NCBI GenBank assembly: GCA_015523295.1
Contig: WAKQ01000002.1
Location: 3,424 to 67,423, forward strand
DNA: 64,000 bases
Source: Desulfurococcales archaeon
GTDB taxonomy: Archaea; Thermoproteota; Thermoprotei_A; Sulfolobales; NBVN01
Reading direction: 5' to 3'
This document shows, piece after piece, positions 59,272-64,000 of the stretch. Both the position numbers and the translations under genes were made by a program. The notes below the pieces were generated by a model. It made no database searches. It was given only the letters and a program-made list of their open reading frames with translations, and was not told where the DNA came from. Position 1 is the stretch's first letter. Every line of letters begins with the position of its first letter.

Positions 59272-60612
59272 TTGAAGGTATACTTCGAGACATATGGGTG
59301 CGCTTTGAATAGGGCTGACACGTCAATAATGAAGCATATACTGCGGTCTAGGGGACATGAGATAGTTAAGGCTTTAGAAAATGCGGATGTCATAGTAATC
59401 AACACCTGTACCGTGAGACTTGATTCAGAGCTTAGGATGGTTAAACGGATTAAGGAGTTACAGAAGTTTGCCAAGGAGAAAGATGTTAAGCTAATTATAG
59501 CTGGATGTATGGCTTCTGCACAACCTTACACCCTCGCTAAAATAGCCCCTGAGGCGTCCCTCATCTCGCCACAGAACATCACCAGGATTGCAGAGGCTGT
59601 AGAAGGTGGCGGCAGGATCATCCTGTTAGGCGGTGAGAGAGACGTCTCCGTCCTTCATCCTTATGTGGAAGGTGTGTCTGCTGAAATACCTATAGCCGAG
59701 GGCTGCCTAGGCGATTGCGCGTTCTGCATAGTCAAGATCGCTAGGAGAAGGCTCAGATCCTACCCGACCTCCGTAATCGTTAACGCTGTTCATGAGGCTG
59801 TGGCAAAGGGTGTAGTCGAGATAGACCTTACTGCACAGGACACAGGTTCCTACGGCATAGACATCAACGGCAGCCCACTTCTCATCAAGCTGCTCTCAGA
59901 GATCTTAGAGAAGGTTAGGGGGAACTACCATATACGTGTGGGTATGATGAACCCCGACAGCCTAGTGAACATCTTAGACGGATTTCTGGACATCCTGAAG
60001 CATCCTAAGGTCTTTAAGTATGTTCACCTACCCCTCCAGTCGGGCAGTGACGCCGTTCTTAAAATTATGAGGAGAAAGTACACCTATGATGAATATAGAG
60101 CACTTGTTAAGGAGTTGAGGAGGAAGATCCCGGGGATTAGTATTGCTACTGACATTATCGTGGGACATCCCGGTGAAGATGAGGATGACTTCAGGATGAC
60201 TGTTGAAGCCGTCAAGGAGCTGGCCTTTGACAAGGTGCATATCGCCCAATATACTGTAAGGCCTAGGACTGCTGCAGCAGCCATGAAGCAGGTTCCAGAC
60301 CCGGTCAAGAAGAGGAGGAGCACATGTCTGAGCAGGGTGGTCGAAGAGGTAGGGAAGAGCATTAACTTGTCCTATATAGGTTCAATTGGTATGGCGTTGA
60401 TATCTGGAAGATCATTTAGGGGTTCGTTAATCGGCAGACTGATAAATTACAAACCTGTTGTTATTCTGAGAAAAGATTACATCGAAGGTGGGGAGGTTAG
60501 GCTTGGTGACACTGCGTTGGTCAGAGTTGATGAGGTAAGCTTTTATGACTTAAGAGGTGTGCCTCTCAACCCATCCAACAACAGCACCCATAAAAGCTTG
60601 AGGGCTTCCTAG
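59272..60612 (+). CDS. tRNA t6A37 methylthiotransferase (MtaB/MiaB-like)
   Basis: ETYGC, NTC, GC, CLGDCAFC and QSGSD motifs; TRAM domain. Confidence 0.93.
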   Translation: MKVYFETYGCALNRADTSIMKHILRSRGHEIVKALENADVIVINTCTVRLDSELRMVKRIKELQKFAKEKDVKLIIAGCMASAQPYTLAKIAPEASLISPQNITRIAEAVEGGGRIILLGGERDVSVLHPYVEGVSAEIPIAEGCLGDCAFCIVKIARRRLRSYPTSVIVNAVHEAVAKGVVEIDLTAQDTGSYGIDINGSPLLIKLLSEILEKVRGNYHIRVGMMNPDSLVNILDGFLDILKHPKVFKYVHLPLQSGSDAVLKIMRRKYTYDEYRALVKELRRKIPGISIATDIIVGHPGEDEDDFRMTVEAVKELAFDKVHIAQYTVRPRTAAAAMKQVPDPVKKRRSTCLSRVVEEVGKSINLSYIGSIGMALISGRSFRGSLIGRLINYKPVVILRKDYIEGGEVRLGDTALVRVDEVSFYDLRGVPLNPSNNSTHKSLRAS

Positions 60613-60625
60613 TTTATAACCGCCA

Positions 60626-61003
60626 CTAATGCTTATGCCTACTTCTTTCCTCGCTTAGCCTTTCCTCAAAGTATTTTCTGAGCTCCTCATCACTCATCGA
60701 ACGGTAAGGTTCTGCCAGGACATCCCTATCGGAGGCCTCTTTTATGAAGTAGTAGACCGAGTAACTGCATATAGGGATTATCTCCAGCCCTTGGTTTCGT
60801 GCATCGTTAACGGCTGCCTTCACGAGCATTTTAGCATAGCCCTTCCCTCTATGCTGTTCAGGTGTGTAGGTCTCCATGAGGTAGAGTTTATCACCCTCAA
60901 CCTTGAAAGAGAGCCATGCCTTAGACCCGTCTTCAAACCTTATGAAGTAGACCATGCCTCTCTTCTCAACTTTCACGCTATCACCGGAACTCAAAACACT
61001 CAC
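60626..61003 (-). CDS. GNAT family acetyltransferase (YjdJ-like)
   Basis: TYTPEQHRGKGYA and PICSY motifs. Confidence 0.88.
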   Translation of the reverse strand: MSVLSSGDSVKVEKRGMVYFIRFEDGSKAWLSFKVEGDKLYLMETYTPEQHRGKGYAKMLVKAAVNDARNQGLEIIPICSYSVYYFIKEASDRDVLAEPYRSMSDEELRKYFEERLSEERSRHKH

Positions 61004-61103
61004 CGTTCAAGCTTATGAGACAGGAATAATAATTATTTTCATTTAAATCCGTTAAATTTAGAAGGGATCAAGTTTTTATCTCTCTAACCTTGAAGTTTAA
61101 CGA

Positions 61104-61508
61104 GTGATCAGGAGGTTAGTACCGGGGATGGCGGTGGACATTAACGATGAAATGGTAGTGGGTAAGCATCTTTACGCTAACTTGTATGACGTAGATCGCA
61201 GACTACTTGAGGATGAGGAGATGCTCAGGGAACTGATCCTCGACGCCGTTAAAGCAGCACACTCAACGCTGATCGAAATCAAGTCATGGAAGGTTGGCGG
61301 GAGAAAAGGAGGCGTCTCAGTTATAGCCTTGGTTGATGAATCTCACATAGCGCTCCACACCTGGGTCGAATACAGTTACGCCACCCTAGACATCTACACG
61401 TGTGGAGCACACACTGACCCCTGGGCCGCCTTCAACCTAGTAATTAAGACACTCAAACCTAGAAGGTATAAGGTCGGCTATGCTGACAGATCTCAAACCA
61501 CTCTTTAA
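61104..61508 (+). CDS. pyruvoyl SpeD-family decarboxylase, likely the crenarchaeal arginine decarboxylase paralogue
   Basis: ESH cleavage site; GKHLYANLY and GGRKGGVSVIALV resemble the ArgDC paralogue (recalled, not aligned). Confidence 0.85.
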   Translation: MIRRLVPGMAVDINDEMVVGKHLYANLYDVDRRLLEDEEMLRELILDAVKAAHSTLIEIKSWKVGGRKGGVSVIALVDESHIALHTWVEYSYATLDIYTCGAHTDPWAAFNLVIKTLKPRRYKVGYADRSQTTL

Positions 61509-61550
61509 CATTAAACATAAATTAACTACCTTAGAACATTCTTTAGGGGT

Positions 61551-61627
<77 letters not shown>

Positions 61628-61810
61628 CTCCTCGGGCTCACATCTCTTCTTCCTTATATAAGCTATTTTCGGAATATTAGTAGAATCATGGAAAACTTGA
61701 TTTATTCTGGTGTAGATTATTTAATTATTTTCAGCTCTCCCTAAGTATTATTTCGAGTCTCTTATAGTAAAGGCCAAACTGTATTCAACATATATTTGAA
61801 CTTCCTTCAC

Positions 61811-62632
61811 CTAGTGCTTAAAAATGATTATTTTAAGATAGTCATTGTATGCAGGGTCCGGCCCATATTCCTCGTTGACTAACTTCACTGCCTGAACCCA
61901 CGTCACGTTTTTCTTCAATCTTAGAGTTACCAGGGCTTCGACCACCTTATCCATATGTTTTAGGGATACAGGCCCCTCCCATCCTATAAACGTGGTGAGG
62001 CCTTTCCTCCCTAGGGAATTAGCTATGTCGTTAGTGAAGAGGGAGTAGCAACTTGCTACTATCATAACAGCGCCCGACCTGAATCTACCCTTAAGCCTTG
62101 TGTCAAAGAATTTTGGGAGGACTGCAAGGAATGTCTTGTTTGAGTTAAACGGCCTTGCCCTAGTGGCTATCCAGTTAACCTTCAGGTAAGCGTACTTATC
62201 GCTCCATGGAACACCCGTAAACAACCCATTGATCTTGTGAATCGCCCCGTCAGGCGTCTTATAGACTGCCTTACCTCCATGAACCCTTAGAATTATGAGG
62301 TCATAGTCCGTAAGCCTGGAATATAATGACATATTAACGTCTTCTCCCGTGACTATGCTGACTTCATAACCTGATTGCTTCAGAGTTCTTGTTAAATTGC
62401 TTATGAGCTGAGGATCTGGATAGTCGAGGGCTAGGCTATCAGCAATTAACGCTCTAGGCTTTAGAGGGGTTGGACTGCTTGCTGCAGAAGTATTGTAGGG
62501 GGGCGATATTTGAGTGCTTGAATAATAGTAGACGGCAACGACAATGACTAATACTGCAATCAGAGCTCCGACGAGATAATGAGTGGATGTCTTCTCAGGG
62601 ACTTTCTTTTTCTTTCTGGCCTTCCTAACCAA
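61811..62632 (-). CDS. membrane-anchored extracellular hypothetical protein
   Basis: Basic N-terminus, TM, Ser/Thr/Pro linker, then RVHGG...ASCYS (possible His/Cys dyad). Confidence 0.7.
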   Translation of the reverse strand: MVRKARKKKKVPEKTSTHYLVGALIAVLVIVVAVYYYSSTQISPPYNTSAASSPTPLKPRALIADSLALDYPDPQLISNLTRTLKQSGYEVSIVTGEDVNMSLYSRLTDYDLIILRVHGGKAVYKTPDGAIHKINGLFTGVPWSDKYAYLKVNWIATRARPFNSNKTFLAVLPKFFDTRLKGRFRSGAVMIVASCYSLFTNDIANSLGRKGLTTFIGWEGPVSLKHMDKVVEALVTLRLKKNVTWVQAVKLVNEEYGPDPAYNDYLKIIIFKH

Positions 62633-62784
62633 CTTTACGCCCTCGTTTAGCCACTGATAAAATCCCTTAGTTGTTTAATTAGTTCTCTCTCCATCAATAA
62701 GTATCCACTGCTGCATAAATCAATTAGTGTTGTAACTCTGCTACTTATAATAGTGCAGCGCTTAAGGTTAGATGGTGGGGGAGG

Positions 62785-64000
62785 ATGAGGGGCTTAAGGG
62801 AGGGGTGGAGGGAGCTGCTGGGTGAGGAAGGGTTACGCGATCTTAAGGAAGGGGCTTTCTCACTGGCTCTATGTAACTTTGGTGATTACATCTCAGGATT
62901 CTTCCTTCAGGTGTTCACCCCGCTCATTAGGTCAGCTCCAGAACTCATCGCCCTCCTCCCTGCCGCAAGCGATGCCAGAGGTGATGTCTACTCTAGTTTT
63001 GGCTCAAGGCTGGGAACACTCCTGCACTTAGGTGTCTTCAAGAGGTTCCTCAGGATAGAACTTCTAACAATCTCACTTCTGATACTGGCAGTAAATTCTT
63101 GGGTGGGTTTCCTTACAGGTTCTATGGCGATCGGGATAGGAATCGGAGGCAGGATAAGCACCATGATGTTTATCTCGATCACATCAGCTCTGCTCTCAGC
63201 CCTATTCATGATCCCCGCAACCACTATGCTTGCCGAGCTATCCTTCAGCAGAGGTTACGATCCAGACAACATAGTAGCCCCTATCTCGACGCTCTTCGGG
63301 GACATGATAACAGTTCCCACAATAATAGCTGCGTACCTCGTCTCCCGAGGGATGCCGAAAGCAGTTCAGAACTGGATTATATACTCAGCCATTATAGCGG
63401 TGGTGCTGATCGCGTCCTACATCCTTCTAAAGTCGTCTAAAGGTGAAAGCAGGTGGGCTAGAGGATTCAAGATACTTAGGGAGAACCTCCCCGTAATAAT
63501 TTTCTCAACGACTCTCAGCATGCTTGCCGGTTTTATACTCCTAGTAAACATTAACAAAATAATTGAAAGCGTAGGGATCTTGGCTGTCATTCCAGCCTTT
63601 CTGGAAGACGGGGGTGCGATAGCGTCAAGATTCTCGTCCAGGCTATCAACCACTCTCCATTTAGGTATTCTTACACCTGAGCCAGTACCTAAAAGCAGGT
63701 GGGTAGCAGTACAGCTAATAATTAACGTGATCCATGGACTCATGATTTTCTCAGCCTTAGGAATATTCGGATACGCGATCGCATCATGGAGAGGTGCAGA
63801 GTACCTGGGAGCTCAGATCTTCACAGCGGTGGTTATCGCAGGCCTAATTCTAACCCTTTCAGTATCCCTCATAACATACTATGCTGCAATCACGGCCTTT
63901 AAGATGGGGATAGACCCGGATAATGTTTTAGCACCTTTCCTAACAAGCTTATCAGACATCATCGGAACGACAAGTCTGGCTCTCACAATATCAGCCCTGA
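62785..64000 (+). CDS. MgtE-family integral membrane transporter (3' partial, not in ORF track)
   Basis: LLPAASDARGDVYSSFGSRLGTLLHLG and repeated DPDN motifs; open to the window end. Confidence 0.9.
   Translation, partial: MRGLREGWRELLGEEGLRDLKEGAFSLALCNFGDYISGFFLQVFTPLIRSAPELIALLPAASDARGDVYSSFGSRLGTLLHLGVFKRFLRIELLTISLLILAVNSWVGFLTGSMAIGIGIGGRISTMMFISITSALLSALFMIPATTMLAELSFSRGYDPDNIVAPISTLFGDMITVPTIIAAYLVSRGMPKAVQNWIIYSAIIAVVLIASYILLKSSKGESRWARGFKILRENLPVIIFSTTLSMLAGFILLVNINKIIESVGILAVIPAFLEDGGAIASRFSSRLSTTLHLGILTPEPVPKSRWVAVQLIINVIHGLMIFSALGIFGYAIASWRGAEYLGAQIFTAVVIAGLILTLSVSLITYYAAITAFKMGIDPDNVLAPFLTSLSDIIGTTSLALTISAL

Noticed and set aside
62822-63743. Several short ORFs near the window end
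   Set aside because: Explained by the open MgtE frame starting at 62785

Overview
Chromosomal window from an anaerobic hyperthermophilic crenarchaeon, probably Desulfurococcales-like. This is inferred from Cren7, crenarchaeal SSB, an ESCRT-III/CdvB paralogue, a split-type ThrRS editing subunit, a stand-alone 5S rRNA, tungsten AOR and GGTG ribosome-binding sites. Most genes are housekeeping (glyS, ileS, tfb, aIF1, aIF1A, aIF2-beta, rpoP, radA, rio1, nmd3, endA, map). I also read 8 tRNAs (two with double introns), a 5S rRNA and four C/D box sRNAs directly from the sequence. The most notable items are: (i) a type IV pilus operon ending in a large unknown protein and a VirB4/HerA-like ATPase; (ii) a nucleobase-catabolism-like cluster with two atypical carbamoyltransferases, carbamate kinase, an SsnA-like amidohydrolase, a PreA-like flavoprotein lacking the catalytic Cys, and a ThrC-like PLP enzyme; (iii) tandem R15P-isomerase/eIF2B-like paralogues, one catalytically degenerate, sharing two perfect 48-bp blocks; (iv) four conserved genes that appear to start at CTG or ATA; (v) a tRNA-Trp intron carrying a guide complementary to its own spliced tRNA. 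No CRISPR array, integrase or transposase was seen. All calls come from reading motifs by eye; no searches were run.
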